Below are positions 1 to 11,804 of a DNA stretch of 64,000 nt, piece after piece. The position numbers and the translations under genes are program-made. This stretch comes from an uncultured bacterium (lineage in GTDB: Bacteria > Acidobacteriota > Thermoanaerobaculia > Multivoradales > JAHZIX01): the NCBI GenBank assembly GCA_965368975.1, contig CBDUPA010000010.1, positions 32,001 to 96,000 of the forward strand, read 5' to 3'. The notes beneath the pieces were generated by a model. That model was not told the DNA's origin. It was given only the letters and a program-made list of their open reading frames with translations, and did not search any database. The first letter of the stretch is position 1. Each line of letters starts with the position of its first letter.

Positions 1-542
1 CCTTCTTCAACGGCGGCTCGGTGCGCATCAACGACAACATCCCGGCCGGAGGTGACATCCGCGGCGAGCACCTCGAGGGGATCTTCTACTTCGACGGCTC
101 CCTCGTCGCCTTCGACCTTACCGGTGCCCAGCTACTCAAGGTGCTGAACAACTCCGTCTCGCTGGCCGACAGCGGTGCCGGCCGCTTCCTGCAGGTCTCG
201 GGCCTGCGCTTCCGCTATCACCCGATCGCGACCACCGACGGCGAAGCGACCTTCGAGGTCGTCGAAGATTCCGTCGAGATCCTGGACCCAGCCACCGGCA
301 ACTACCGTCCGCTCGACCGCGATGCCAGCTACAGCACCACCACCAGCTACTACCTCTGGGACCGTGGTAGCGAGTCCGATGGCTACGACCTCTTCAGCCG
401 GCATGCTGGCGGCACCAGCCCGCCCTTGACCAACGGTGAACTCCAGGACATCGACTGGCGCGGCATCACGGAGACCTGGCTGGCCAAGCACGAACAGGTG
501 ACGGTCGACGTCGAGGATCGGATCGTGCGCCAAGAGCCTTGA
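1..542 (+). CDS. 5'-nucleotidase / 2',3'-cyclic phosphodiesterase family protein, C-terminal domain (5'-partial)
   Basis: Frame open from the window edge. FFNGGSVRIND...LTGAQLLKVLNNSVS...GRFLQVSGLRFRY...DGY matches the 5_nucleotid_C pattern. Confidence 0.85.
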   Translation, partial: FFNGGSVRINDNIPAGGDIRGEHLEGIFYFDGSLVAFDLTGAQLLKVLNNSVSLADSGAGRFLQVSGLRFRYHPIATTDGEATFEVVEDSVEILDPATGNYRPLDRDASYSTTTSYYLWDRGSESDGYDLFSRHAGGTSPPLTNGELQDIDWRGITETWLAKHEQVTVDVEDRIVRQEP

Positions 543-636
543 GGCCGAACCGACCGTCCGCGTCTCGAGCACGGGCACTCCGCCCTTGCGCTATGATGGA
601 AATATCAAGCAATATTTCAATCGCTGGGAGGTTGCT

Positions 637-1911
637 ATGGACATCTATCAGCAGATCTGGAACGCGGACCAAGACGGCAACGGCATTCGACCAGTGCTGC
701 GCGAGGCCGACGGGGACTCGGCACAAGGTTTCGTGGTGGTCGACGAGTTGGGTCAGGGCGAGAGCCACCGTCTCTTTCCCAAGGTCCACATCCCGGACGC
801 CAAACGCTCGACCTACGAACTCTGCCACTCCCTGTTCAACAACTATCGTCTGGACAAGACCAAGCGCGAGATCAAGACGCCAGAGGAAGACGCGGAGGTC
901 TTCGCGCTACTCGACGCCATCTTCGAAAGCCCACCCATGCAGGTGGCGCGCGAGTACGTCGAGGCTCAGACCGCCGAGACCTGGGACCAGCAGCGCTGGA
1001 CGTCAAGCCTGATCGACATCTGGTTCCGCCAGTTCGACATGGGTTCCGGCCGCGACCTCAGTGGCTTCGAACACATCATCATCGGCGAGCAAGACCACGG
1101 CAAGGTGAGCGGCTACCACTTCTGGTACAAGTACCACCTCGACGACTCCGCCGACTTCCTCGACCGGGACGACGTCTTCTTCGTCGGCCCGCGCTACGAT
1201 GGTCCCAACGCTGCCCACGGCCCGTTGACGGAACTCGGCGTCAACACGCCGGACGTCTCGACCCTCGCCTACCGCTGGGAAGCGTTCGACTACGACACCG
1301 AGCAACGCCGCCCCCTCTACAAGCCGATCGGCGGCTTCTGGAACGGCCTCAGCATCGAGGGCCTCCTCGCCCTCGGCACCGTCCGCTTCATCCCGGCGGC
1401 TCGCTCACCCAAGGAGGCGGCGATCAACGGTGTGCTCTACGGTCTCAAGCTCTACCGCAGCGACGATGGTCGCAGCCTGCGCACCTTCTATCCTCAGCTC
1501 CTGGGCGGCGCCCAACCCCAACCAGGCCCGCCCCCCCAACCCGGCCCCACGCCGAGCCCGCAACCCACGCCGAGCCCAGCAACCGGAGCAGTCGTTCGGA
1601 TCATCGCCGCGCTGGTCAACCCGGAAGGCCACGACGAGGGGCTCGAAACCGTCACCGTGATCAACGTCGCCCCCGAGGCCATCGACCTCGGTGGTTGGGC
1701 GATCCGCGACCGCAACGGCAACAGCTTCACCCTGCCAGCACGGCACCTCCCCGCCGGTGCCACCCACACCATCACCCTGCCGCGCAATACCGCCCAGTTG
1801 GGAAACCGAGGCGGCCGTATCGAGTTGCTCGACGCGGGCGGCCAAGTGGTGCACAAGGTCGAGTACTCGCGCGCCGACGCGGACCGCTCGGGCTGGACGC
1901 TGCTGTTCTGA
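637..1911 (+). CDS. XendoU/EndoU-family endoribonuclease fused via a Pro-rich linker to a lamin-tail domain
   Basis: SGFEHIIIGE, SGYHFW and YKPIGGFWNG supply the EndoU His-His-Lys motifs. A PQPGPPPQPGPTPSP linker precedes an LTD-like C-terminus (IIAALVNPEG.D...ETVTVIN...IDLGGW...LGNRGG.I.L). GGGAGG RBS precedes ATG 637. Confidence 0.8.
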   Translation: MDIYQQIWNADQDGNGIRPVLREADGDSAQGFVVVDELGQGESHRLFPKVHIPDAKRSTYELCHSLFNNYRLDKTKREIKTPEEDAEVFALLDAIFESPPMQVAREYVEAQTAETWDQQRWTSSLIDIWFRQFDMGSGRDLSGFEHIIIGEQDHGKVSGYHFWYKYHLDDSADFLDRDDVFFVGPRYDGPNAAHGPLTELGVNTPDVSTLAYRWEAFDYDTEQRRPLYKPIGGFWNGLSIEGLLALGTVRFIPAARSPKEAAINGVLYGLKLYRSDDGRSLRTFYPQLLGGAQPQPGPPPQPGPTPSPQPTPSPATGAVVRIIAALVNPEGHDEGLETVTVINVAPEAIDLGGWAIRDRNGNSFTLPARHLPAGATHTITLPRNTAQLGNRGGRIELLDAGGQVVHKVEYSRADADRSGWTLLF

Positions 1912-2111
1912 GGCGTGTTCTGAGGTTCCTCTACAGGCAACGTACTTTGTCCCTGTGCCCTCTCCGCCCATTAGCCTTGAAAATCGGTCATCTCCTGATC
2001 GATTTTCAAGGACAACGCTGATCAAGGAACCGTCCTCCCGGACGTAAGTGGACCTACTCCTCCTCACTTGCCGCGTTTACCCAATGAACGGACAAGAACA
2101 TGGAGGAACAA

Positions 2112-2915
2112 ATGGCAATTCAGAACCGGATCCTGTCCTGCTTGGTAGTCGCCCTTTTCATCTGCACATCAGTGCTGACCGCGCAGGAGGTTCTGACCAA
2201 TGAGAGCGTGTTGAACCTCCACAAGGCAGGCTTGCCGGCAGAGATCATCGCCGCCAAGGTCAAGCAAGCCAAGGAGGTCGCTTTCGCGCTGGATACGGAG
2301 AATTTGGTGGCACTCCAGGAAGCTGGTTTGCCGTCCGAGGTGATTACAGCCATGCTGGAGCGGACCACTGAGGTCAGCGCTGGCTCCAGCCCGCTCTCCG
2401 CCCATCTCACAAGCGATGACCTAGGAATCAGTGTTCTGCGGACAAGTATCGTCACCGCAGAAGGGAATAGGAAGCTGAGATTGGAGCGCGGCCAATTCTC
2501 GCTTGCCGGGTTCATCTACTACATGCGGTTCATGAACTACGCTGGCCTTCGTGCCAACGTCCGGACTCAAGACACTCGCCCCATCTTGCATGTCGAATCC
2601 AGTAACTCGTTGGACGAGAATCGCTACTCCCTGGTCAAGCTAGATGTCGACGAAGATGACAATGTACGTTCGTTGAAGGTATCTCAGGGCCTCAAGTCAA
2701 CTCTCGGCACCAGTACCGTCGGACGTATGAAACCGGATGAGGACTGGGTAGTTCCATGGGACGTCAAGCAGATTGAGGACAACACCTGGGCGGTGCAACC
2801 GACAGAACATCTAGAACCCGGCGAATATGGGCTGTATATCCAAGTTGGTGCCAACGCACAGAGCGGAGGCCTCTTCGGATTCGGAGTCGACGCAGGCCCC
2901 GGCTCGGAACCGTAA
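2112..2915 (+). CDS. Hypothetical secreted protein
   Basis: GGAGG RBS and a signal-peptide-like N-terminus. LTNESVLNLHKAGL...LQEAGLPSEVITAM is a helical module; LEPGEYG lies near the C-terminus. Composition is visibly less GC-rich than the flanks. Confidence 0.7.
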   Translation: MAIQNRILSCLVVALFICTSVLTAQEVLTNESVLNLHKAGLPAEIIAAKVKQAKEVAFALDTENLVALQEAGLPSEVITAMLERTTEVSAGSSPLSAHLTSDDLGISVLRTSIVTAEGNRKLRLERGQFSLAGFIYYMRFMNYAGLRANVRTQDTRPILHVESSNSLDENRYSLVKLDVDEDDNVRSLKVSQGLKSTLGTSTVGRMKPDEDWVVPWDVKQIEDNTWAVQPTEHLEPGEYGLYIQVGANAQSGGLFGFGVDAGPGSEP

Positions 2916-2972
2916 ACCGTCCTCAGACGGCAGGAAGGGCAGACAGAAGCACCGCTGGGCAGCAGCCGGTCG

Positions 2973-4718
<1,746 letters not shown>

Positions 4719-5992
4719 AGGTCTCCTCCGCTGAGGTTGATTCGGCGGTCGTGCTCTCCGAGATTCGAACTCGTGCTCGCTGGTGGTCGAGAGCTTCGAT
4801 TGACGAACCCTCACGGGGTTCGCACCAGCGCGGCAGGAAGATGTCGAAGCGCGTGCCGTGACCGGGCGCACTCTCGACCCGCAACGCGCCGCCAAGATCC
4901 TCGACCAGGTTCTTGACCACCGCCAGACCGAGCCCGGCACCGCGCCGCGCACCGCTCTTGCGGGTGGTGAAAAACGGGTGAAAGATCTGCCGCAGGGTCT
5001 CGGCGTCCATGCCCGGACCGTCGTCGGTGACGGACAGACGCAGATAGCTGCCGGCCGCCAGTAACGTGCCACTGAGGTCCTCCGGCAGAGCGCTCTCGAC
5101 GATGGCAGTCTCCACCTGCACACAGCCTCCCTGCTCGGCCAAGGCGTGGCAGGCGTTGGTGATCAAGTTGAGCACGATCTGGTGTAACTGCACCGGCGCT
5201 GTCAGCACCCGGTCTTCGTCGCCGCTGAGATGCGGCTCGATGTGCACGCCAGCCGGCAACGGTGGCAACAAAAGGCCGACGACCTCTTGGACAACGGCGT
5301 GCAATTCCTCTGGCCGACGAGCCTGGGCCTCCTGCCGCGTGAAAGCAAGCACGCGCTCGACCAGGCCTCGGGCACGCTTGGAGGCCACCAGGACCTGCTC
5401 CAGATCTTGAGCCGCTCGTGAAGCGGCATCCAGTTCGGTCAGCGCCGCGTTGGTGAACCCAGCGATGGCTGTCAGGATGTTGCTGAAGTCGTGCGCGATG
5501 CCGCCTGCCAAGAGGCCGAGTGCGTCGTTCTTCTGGGCTTGCAGCAATTGACGTTCGAGTTGCTTCTGTGCCTCGCCGAGACGGCGCTGCGCCTGTAGCT
5601 CACGCCAGCGCTGGGCAGTCCGTTCGAGGATCGGCACCAGGTGTTCGAGCACCGACGCACTCTTGGTCAGGTAGTCGAGAGCACCTGCACGCATCGCTTC
5701 GACGGCAGCGCTCTCGTCACCGTGCGCGGTGAGGACGATGACCGCGTAGCGAGTCTTCTCCAGCGGCTCCACGAGATCCAGACCGCGACCATCAGGCAGA
5801 ACCAGATCGAGCAGGACGAGGTCCGGTACCTCCCGCTGCACAGCGGCATGAGCCGCCCGAACCGTCTCGACCTGTTCGACCTGGAAGCGATCTTCAGCAC
5901 GCCGCAGCCGCAGGCGCAGCAGGCGTGCGAAGGCGCTGTCGTCTTCGACGATCAGGAGACGCAGCGGTGTCTTGGAAACGCCGGCCACGACC

Positions 5993-8900
5993 TCACTCCA
6001 TGCCCTCGGAGACATCGCCGTCAGGGCTCCATCGGGGCAAAGAACGTCCCGGTGTCCAGGGCGCGCCGACAGCTTCGAGTTCCGCTTCGAGCGCTACCAG
6101 ATCGACATCGATCAGCTGCCGCAGGTCGGGCAGCAGGTCGGCAAAGGCTTCGGCAGCGATGCGGTAGTTCTCGCGGTGGGTGCCAGTGGGATCAGCGCTG
6201 GAGGTCCAATGACCGTCGACGATCTCGCCAACGCGCTGTGTGATCGCCGGCGGCGCCAGCTCCTGGAAGCGCGGTCGCACCGGGTCGCCGACCAGCTCGA
6301 CCATCAGATCCTGCAACCGGTGCTCCAGAGCTCGGGCTCTGTGCTCCAAGTCGGGGCCCGCCGTGGGCGTCTCCAGCGCCGCGCGGCGCACGTAGGTCAA
6401 GCGCTCAGCGGCAGCGTTGGCCGCCCGCACGCTGCCCAGCACAGCACGCTGCAGGCGTGCGGTCTGGCGCTGAAAGTCGAGCAGCGCATCCCGGTCGGCG
6501 GTCTCTAGCGTCACGTTGCCCAGCGGCTCGGCGCTGAAGCTCTCGGGGCCAGCCAGGGGCCTGAGCGCGTCGTCCGCCCACAGCTGCACGTCGACACTGT
6601 AGGTGCCCGGCACCACCATCGGCCCGATGTGCGGCGAACTCCACCAGCCCGGGTCGAAGGCGGCGAGCCGCGTCGGGCGCGAATTCGGATAGCGTAAGTC
6701 CCAGGTCACGCGCTGGACTCCCGCGCTTGCCGGCGCGGTGAGGCGGCGGACGACCTCGCCGTCGGCGTCGCGGATAGTGAACAGCAAGCGTGGGTCTTCT
6801 TCGCGCAGCTCGGCACTCAGGTCATCCCAGCTCGGGTAGCTGACGGTGCCGCCTTCCTCTTCGATTTCCTTCTCGCGCTCGCGGCGGGCATCGCGGCGCG
6901 TCTTGGGAGCTTCCTTCAGATAGTAGGTGAAGACGGCGCCGTGCGGCGGGTTCTCGCCCAGGTAGTAGCTGTGACCACGGAAGCCTGCCCCGGCCAGGCC
7001 GACCGGCGCCGACGGATTGTACAAGCGCACCGGCTTGACCGGGAACAGCATCGCCTCTTGCTCCAGCGTGTCGGCGCTGATCTTGCGCAGCGGCGTGTAG
7101 TCGTCGAGGATGTAGAAACCGCGGCCGAAGGTACCGAGCACCAGATCGACTTCGCGTTCCTGGATTGCCAGGTCGCGCACGGCGATGGTCGGCACGCCGC
7201 CGGTCAGCTCGATCCACCGGCTGCCGCCGTCGACCGTGAAGTAGGCACCGAACTCGGTGCCGGCGAAGAGTAGCTCGGGGCGAACCGGATCCTGCACCAC
7301 GGCATAGACCGAACCGCGCTCCGGTAGGTCCCCGGCCATCGACGTCCAGGTAGCACCGTAGTCGCGACTGATCAGCAGGTAGGGCTTGAAGTCACCGCGC
7401 TTGTGGTTGTTGAAAGCGGCGAAGACGACGCCGTCCTCGTGCGATGAGGGCTCCAGGCGGTTGACGTAGGTGCCCTCCGGCACGCCCGGAAATGTGTTGA
7501 ACTCGGCCCAGGTCGCGCCGCCGTCACGGCTGACCTGCACCAGGCCATCGTCGGTGCCGGCATAGAGCAAGCCCTCGACGCGCGGCGACTCGGCGAGCGC
7601 CACGATGTTGCCGTAAGGCGAGGTCGAGCGGTTCTTGGACACCGCGTCGATGCTCCACACCTTACCCATCACTTCCAGCTGATTGCGGTCGAGCTGTCGC
7701 GTCAAGTCGGGACTGACCGGTGTCCAGCTCTGGCCACGGTCGTCGCTGCGGAAGATGCGCTGTGCAGCGTAGTAGAGACGCGTCTGGCTGTGCGGCGACA
7801 GCACCAGGGGCGAGTCCCAATTCCAGCGCAGCGGATCATCACCCGGCGCTGGCTGCGGCACGATGGAAAGGAACTCGCCGCTCTGCCGGTCGTAGCGCAC
7901 CAGACCACCGTACTGCGACTGGCTGTAGATGATGTCCGGGTTCTCCGGGTCGACACGCGGCTGGAAACCGTCGCCAATGACGGTGACGATCCAGTCCGAG
8001 TTGGGAATGCCGTGCGTGTCGAAGGTGCGCGACGGGCCGGAGAGGGCGAAGTTGTCCTGCGTGCCGCCGTGTACGTGGTAGATCGGCTCACGGTTGTCGA
8101 CCGCGATCTTGTAGAACTGGGTGACCGGCAGGTTGTAGATATAGTCCCAGGTGACGCCGCGGTCGAAGGTCTCGTACAGACCACCGTCATTGCCTTCCAG
8201 CATGTGGTCGCTGTCGGCCGGGTCGATCCACAGCGCGTGTGCGTCGACGTGGCGTGCTTCGTAGTTGGTCGCGGTGAAGGTGGTACCGCCGTCTTCGGTC
8301 AGATGCATCAGGGTATCGACGGCGTAGACGCGGTCGACATCGTGCGGATCGGCGATCAGTTCCTGGTAGTACTGGGGGCTGCCGCTCACATAGTCGCTGC
8401 GCTTCTGCCAGCTCTCGCCGCGATCCGTGGAGCGGAAGAAGCCGCCGGCCTCGTCCTGCGCCTCGACGATGGCATAGAGCACATCCGGGTCGGTCGATGC
8501 CATCGCCAGTCCGATGCGCCCCATGTCGACGCGCGGCAGACCATTGGTCAGCTCACGCCAGGTGGCACCGCCGTCGGTCGACTTGTGGATCCCGGACTCG
8601 GGGCCGCCGTTGATCAGCGTCCAGACGTGGCGGCGACGCTGGTAGGCCGCGGCGTAGAGCACGTCCGGGTCGCGCGGATCGAGCAACACATCGTTGATGC
8701 CGGTGTGCTCGCTGATCTCGAGCACGGCTTCCCAGGTTGTGCCACCGTCCCTGGTCTTGTAGAGACCCCGGTCGCCACCGGCCGACCACAAGGGGCCCTG
8801 CACCGCCACGTAGACGGTGTCTGAGTCCTCGGGATGCACCACGATACGACCGATGTGCTCGGAGGTCTCGAGTCCCACGTGCTGCCAGGTACGGCCAGCG

Positions 8901-9367
8901 TCCATCGACTTGTAGACGCCGTCGCCGTAACCCACCGAGCGCTGACTGTTGTTCTCACCAGTGCCCACCCAGACGATGTTGGGATTGCTTGGATCGAGGG
9001 TGATGCAGCCGATCGAGTAGGAGCCCTCATCGTCGAAGATCGGCGTCCAAGTAGTGCCAGCATTGACCGTCTTCCAGACGCTGCCGGAAGCCACCGCCAC
9101 GTACCAGATCTTGGAATCTTCGGGGTGCACCGCGATGTCCGAGATGCGGCCGGAGGTCAACGCCGGACCAATCGAGCGCAGCTGCAGGCCGGCGAACGTC
9201 GAGGCCTGCAACAGCGACGCGTCCGCCTTCTCCTCTGCCGCGCTCGCCTCGGCTCCGCGATCACGCGCGGGAGACGGAGACGCGTAGGCCAGATGTGAGC
9301 AGAGACCCGGCAGCAAGGCCGGAACCAGACACCATGCCACGAGGGCCCAAATTCGTCTCACGATCAC
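5993..9367 (-). CDS. Secreted BNR/Asp-box (Vps10/sortilin-like, GH74-like) beta-propeller protein
   Basis: Signal peptide, RSIGPALTSGRISDIAV and many S/TxDGGxTW Asp-box repeats. Confidence 0.88.
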   Translation of the reverse strand: MIVRRIWALVAWCLVPALLPGLCSHLAYASPSPARDRGAEASAAEEKADASLLQASTFAGLQLRSIGPALTSGRISDIAVHPEDSKIWYVAVASGSVWKTVNAGTTWTPIFDDEGSYSIGCITLDPSNPNIVWVGTGENNSQRSVGYGDGVYKSMDAGRTWQHVGLETSEHIGRIVVHPEDSDTVYVAVQGPLWSAGGDRGLYKTRDGGTTWEAVLEISEHTGINDVLLDPRDPDVLYAAAYQRRRHVWTLINGGPESGIHKSTDGGATWRELTNGLPRVDMGRIGLAMASTDPDVLYAIVEAQDEAGGFFRSTDRGESWQKRSDYVSGSPQYYQELIADPHDVDRVYAVDTLMHLTEDGGTTFTATNYEARHVDAHALWIDPADSDHMLEGNDGGLYETFDRGVTWDYIYNLPVTQFYKIAVDNREPIYHVHGGTQDNFALSGPSRTFDTHGIPNSDWIVTVIGDGFQPRVDPENPDIIYSQSQYGGLVRYDRQSGEFLSIVPQPAPGDDPLRWNWDSPLVLSPHSQTRLYYAAQRIFRSDDRGQSWTPVSPDLTRQLDRNQLEVMGKVWSIDAVSKNRSTSPYGNIVALAESPRVEGLLYAGTDDGLVQVSRDGGATWAEFNTFPGVPEGTYVNRLEPSSHEDGVVFAAFNNHKRGDFKPYLLISRDYGATWTSMAGDLPERGSVYAVVQDPVRPELLFAGTEFGAYFTVDGGSRWIELTGGVPTIAVRDLAIQEREVDLVLGTFGRGFYILDDYTPLRKISADTLEQEAMLFPVKPVRLYNPSAPVGLAGAGFRGHSYYLGENPPHGAVFTYYLKEAPKTRRDARREREKEIEEEGGTVSYPSWDDLSAELREEDPRLLFTIRDADGEVVRRLTAPASAGVQRVTWDLRYPNSRPTRLAAFDPGWWSSPHIGPMVVPGTYSVDVQLWADDALRPLAGPESFSAEPLGNVTLETADRDALLDFQRQTARLQRAVLGSVRAANAAAERLTYVRRAALETPTAGPDLEHRARALEHRLQDLMVELVGDPVRPRFQELAPPAITQRVGEIVDGHWTSSADPTGTHRENYRIAAEAFADLLPDLRQLIDVDLVALEAELEAVGAPWTPGRSLPRWSPDGDVSEGME

Positions 9368-9398
9368 TCCTCCTCGTACTCGAGTTAGCGAACTTATT

Positions 9399-11804
9399 TC
9401 AGTCTGTCACAGGCACTTCGGCCTTGACCAGAGTACTGGCCTCGCTGGCCAGGGGAGCCTCGGCCAGCGAAGCAGCCGGCAGCCGGACCAGTTCCAGACC
9501 ACGGTAGTAGTGGTTCAGGATGTCGCGGTACCCGTGACCGCGCACCGCCATGCCGTACGCTCCAACCTGACACAGGCCAACACCGTGCCCCCAACCGCGG
9601 CCGCGGAACAACCAGCCGGGCTGGCCCCCCTCGGGCGTCAGGCGGGTGGCGGTGAACAGTGTCTCCGGCAGGTCGAGCGTCCAACGGACGGCCAGGCCTT
9701 CGACCTCCTGCTCGACTTGTTGCTGACCACGACGCCCCTCGAGGCGCAGGCGGGCGACGCGGCCGGAAGGACCACGCTCGACGATCTCGAAGCTCTGGAA
9801 GCCGATACCGGGGTACCGCTTGTGTACGGAGGCGGCGAGTTGGGCATCGGTGCGAAAGCGACGCCACAGGCTGCGCTTGCTGCGCCGATCAAAGGCGACA
9901 CCACGCGGCTCCAGGCGCTGCACCAGTGCCAGCAAGCGGTCGCCGCGGTAGTACAGGTGCAGATGGTCTCCCGGGACCAGCGCCAACTCGGCGGCGGTGG
10001 TCGGCGAGGCAGACGGACCAGCATTACCTGTGTCGTCATCCTCATCGCTGCGCACACGCCGGTAGGCTGGCACGGCAGCCGACAAGTCGAGAGTCTCTTC
10101 GCTGCCGTCACGGTGCAGCCGCAGGCGCCAAGCTGGTTCAGCGGAACTGTGATTCTCGTCGGAACGGGCTTCCAGCGCCAGGAAGGTCACCTCGTCTCGG
10201 CGCACCACATACAGCATCTCGGCCAGGCGGTAGAGCAGCAGTTCGACCTCGTCGTCGCTGAGTGCGGCGTCGAGCGAGCCGCTGAGCAGACCACTCTGCA
10301 CCAAGCTGGCGGCCTGGCGCAGCTCGTCGGGTCCCCAGTCAGGCGGCGGGTCGTGCAGCAAGTAGGGCACGTCTTGGGGCGAGACGAAGAGTCGAGCGTC
10401 CAGGGCAAGGTCGAAGAGCGAGGCGACGAAGCGCTGGACTTCGCGCCGTTCGAGCGACGCCAGGTGATCGTCGGGCAGGGGCAAGCCGGCGAGTCGCGCC
10501 AGCTGGCGCAGGCGCGTCTCGAGCCGTGCCTCGACTGTACTCTCAGGTGTGCCTGCGAGCGTGTCTCCGGGAGGTAGGGGCAGCAGATCTCGAGTCAGGC
10601 CATGCGGGAAGGCCGTGCCGGCCGGCAAGCTGGTGCGCAGATTCTGTACGCCGGCTTCCAGGCAGGCGACACCGCGCAGGTATGGGTCGCGCGTATTGGG
10701 GAAAACGATCTCGACATCCTCGGTGTGACCACCACAGGTGGCGGTATACATGGCGTTGGCGTACTGGGCATTGGCGTACTGGGCGTTGGCGTACTGGGCA
10801 TCACCGCTCCAGATCAGCACCTCGCCGGAAGTCTCGCTGATGGCCCGATCGCTCAGCGGGTGCTCGGCCTCCAGGCCACCGTAGACCTGACAACGGGGCG
10901 TGGCGCAAATGTCGTAGCCCTCTGCGTCGAACTCGCCGAGATGGCGCAGCGTGTAGGTGCGAGCGGCGATCGCCTGTGCCTTGAGGGCCTCCAGCTCGGG
11001 GTAGAGGATCGGCCCCATCTCCTTGGGTACCACTCCGCGCAAGTAGTCGTCGAGTGTGAGCTCGTTGACCAGGTTGAGCGTGCCGCGGTTGTTGAGGAAG
11101 ACCGCCAGCCGCCCGCGGTAGCGCTTGCCTTGGTGCCGGATGCCGCGCCGGCTCGCCGCAGATTCCGCGTCTTGCACACCACTGTCGAGACGCAACCAGC
11201 GTCCCGGTACCGTCCACTCTTCGCTCCCCCGCCGCACCCGCAGGGCGGGCTCGGTGAGGCCACCTCCCTCGGTGGCCACCCACACTTCAGCGTAGCCCAG
11301 CGTCGCCAGCTCGGACTTGAAGGCGTCCGCCTCGGCGCGCTGGGCAAAGCCACCAACCCGCACGCGAAACAGCCCCGTCTCGGGATCGAAGCGTGCATCC
11401 GCCGGCTGGCTCAATTGCTGCTGCAACTGCCGCGCTTGCGCCGACGCCTGGTCCGGATCGCGCAGCGCCGCGACTTGCAGACGGAAGGTCCCTGGATCCG
11501 CCGCCCCGGCCGCCGGTTCGATCACCATGGCGGCGGCTAGCGGCACCGGCCCGTCGGGCAACAGCAGGCGGAGGCCGCCATCGCAGCACGGCAGCGTCAA
11601 GCGTTCGAGGTCGCTGGCCAGGCCGACGCGGACGATCTCGGGAATGTGCAGCCCACGCATGTCCACCGACTCCCCGGCTACAACCTCTGCCGACGACACG
11701 GCGGCTTCGGCCAAGGGCGGGTCGGGGACGGGTAAGGCCTCCTGAGCCAGCGCAGGTGCTGCCAGCAAAGAGCCGAGGATCAGAAGGTTGAAGGCTCGCT
11801 TCAT
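9399..11804 (-). CDS. SpoIID/LytB domain peptidoglycan hydrolase with SPOR domain
   Basis: SPOR-like segment (FRLQVAAL...FRVRVGGF). SpoIID motifs YLRGVVPKEM, EALKAQAIAARTY, CQVYGG and GRGWGHGVGLCQVGA. Confidence 0.9.
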   Translation of the reverse strand: MKRAFNLLILGSLLAAPALAQEALPVPDPPLAEAAVSSAEVVAGESVDMRGLHIPEIVRVGLASDLERLTLPCCDGGLRLLLPDGPVPLAAAMVIEPAAGAADPGTFRLQVAALRDPDQASAQARQLQQQLSQPADARFDPETGLFRVRVGGFAQRAEADAFKSELATLGYAEVWVATEGGGLTEPALRVRRGSEEWTVPGRWLRLDSGVQDAESAASRRGIRHQGKRYRGRLAVFLNNRGTLNLVNELTLDDYLRGVVPKEMGPILYPELEALKAQAIAARTYTLRHLGEFDAEGYDICATPRCQVYGGLEAEHPLSDRAISETSGEVLIWSGDAQYANAQYANAQYANAMYTATCGGHTEDVEIVFPNTRDPYLRGVACLEAGVQNLRTSLPAGTAFPHGLTRDLLPLPPGDTLAGTPESTVEARLETRLRQLARLAGLPLPDDHLASLERREVQRFVASLFDLALDARLFVSPQDVPYLLHDPPPDWGPDELRQAASLVQSGLLSGSLDAALSDDEVELLLYRLAEMLYVVRRDEVTFLALEARSDENHSSAEPAWRLRLHRDGSEETLDLSAAVPAYRRVRSDEDDDTGNAGPSASPTTAAELALVPGDHLHLYYRGDRLLALVQRLEPRGVAFDRRSKRSLWRRFRTDAQLAASVHKRYPGIGFQSFEIVERGPSGRVARLRLEGRRGQQQVEQEVEGLAVRWTLDLPETLFTATRLTPEGGQPGWLFRGRGWGHGVGLCQVGAYGMAVRGHGYRDILNHYYRGLELVRLPAASLAEAPLASEASTLVKAEVPVTD
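10753..10800. repeat. 15-bp in-frame tandem repeat x3 (AQYAN)3 within the SpoIID gene
   Basis: gcgttggcgtactgg / gcattggcgtactgg / gcgttggcgtactgg / gca. Confidence 0.9.

Noticed and set aside
4719-5123. Long N-terminal extension of the GGT ORF
   Set aside because: It overlaps the REC-histidine kinase gene in another frame. The RBS and signal peptide support the start at 4718.
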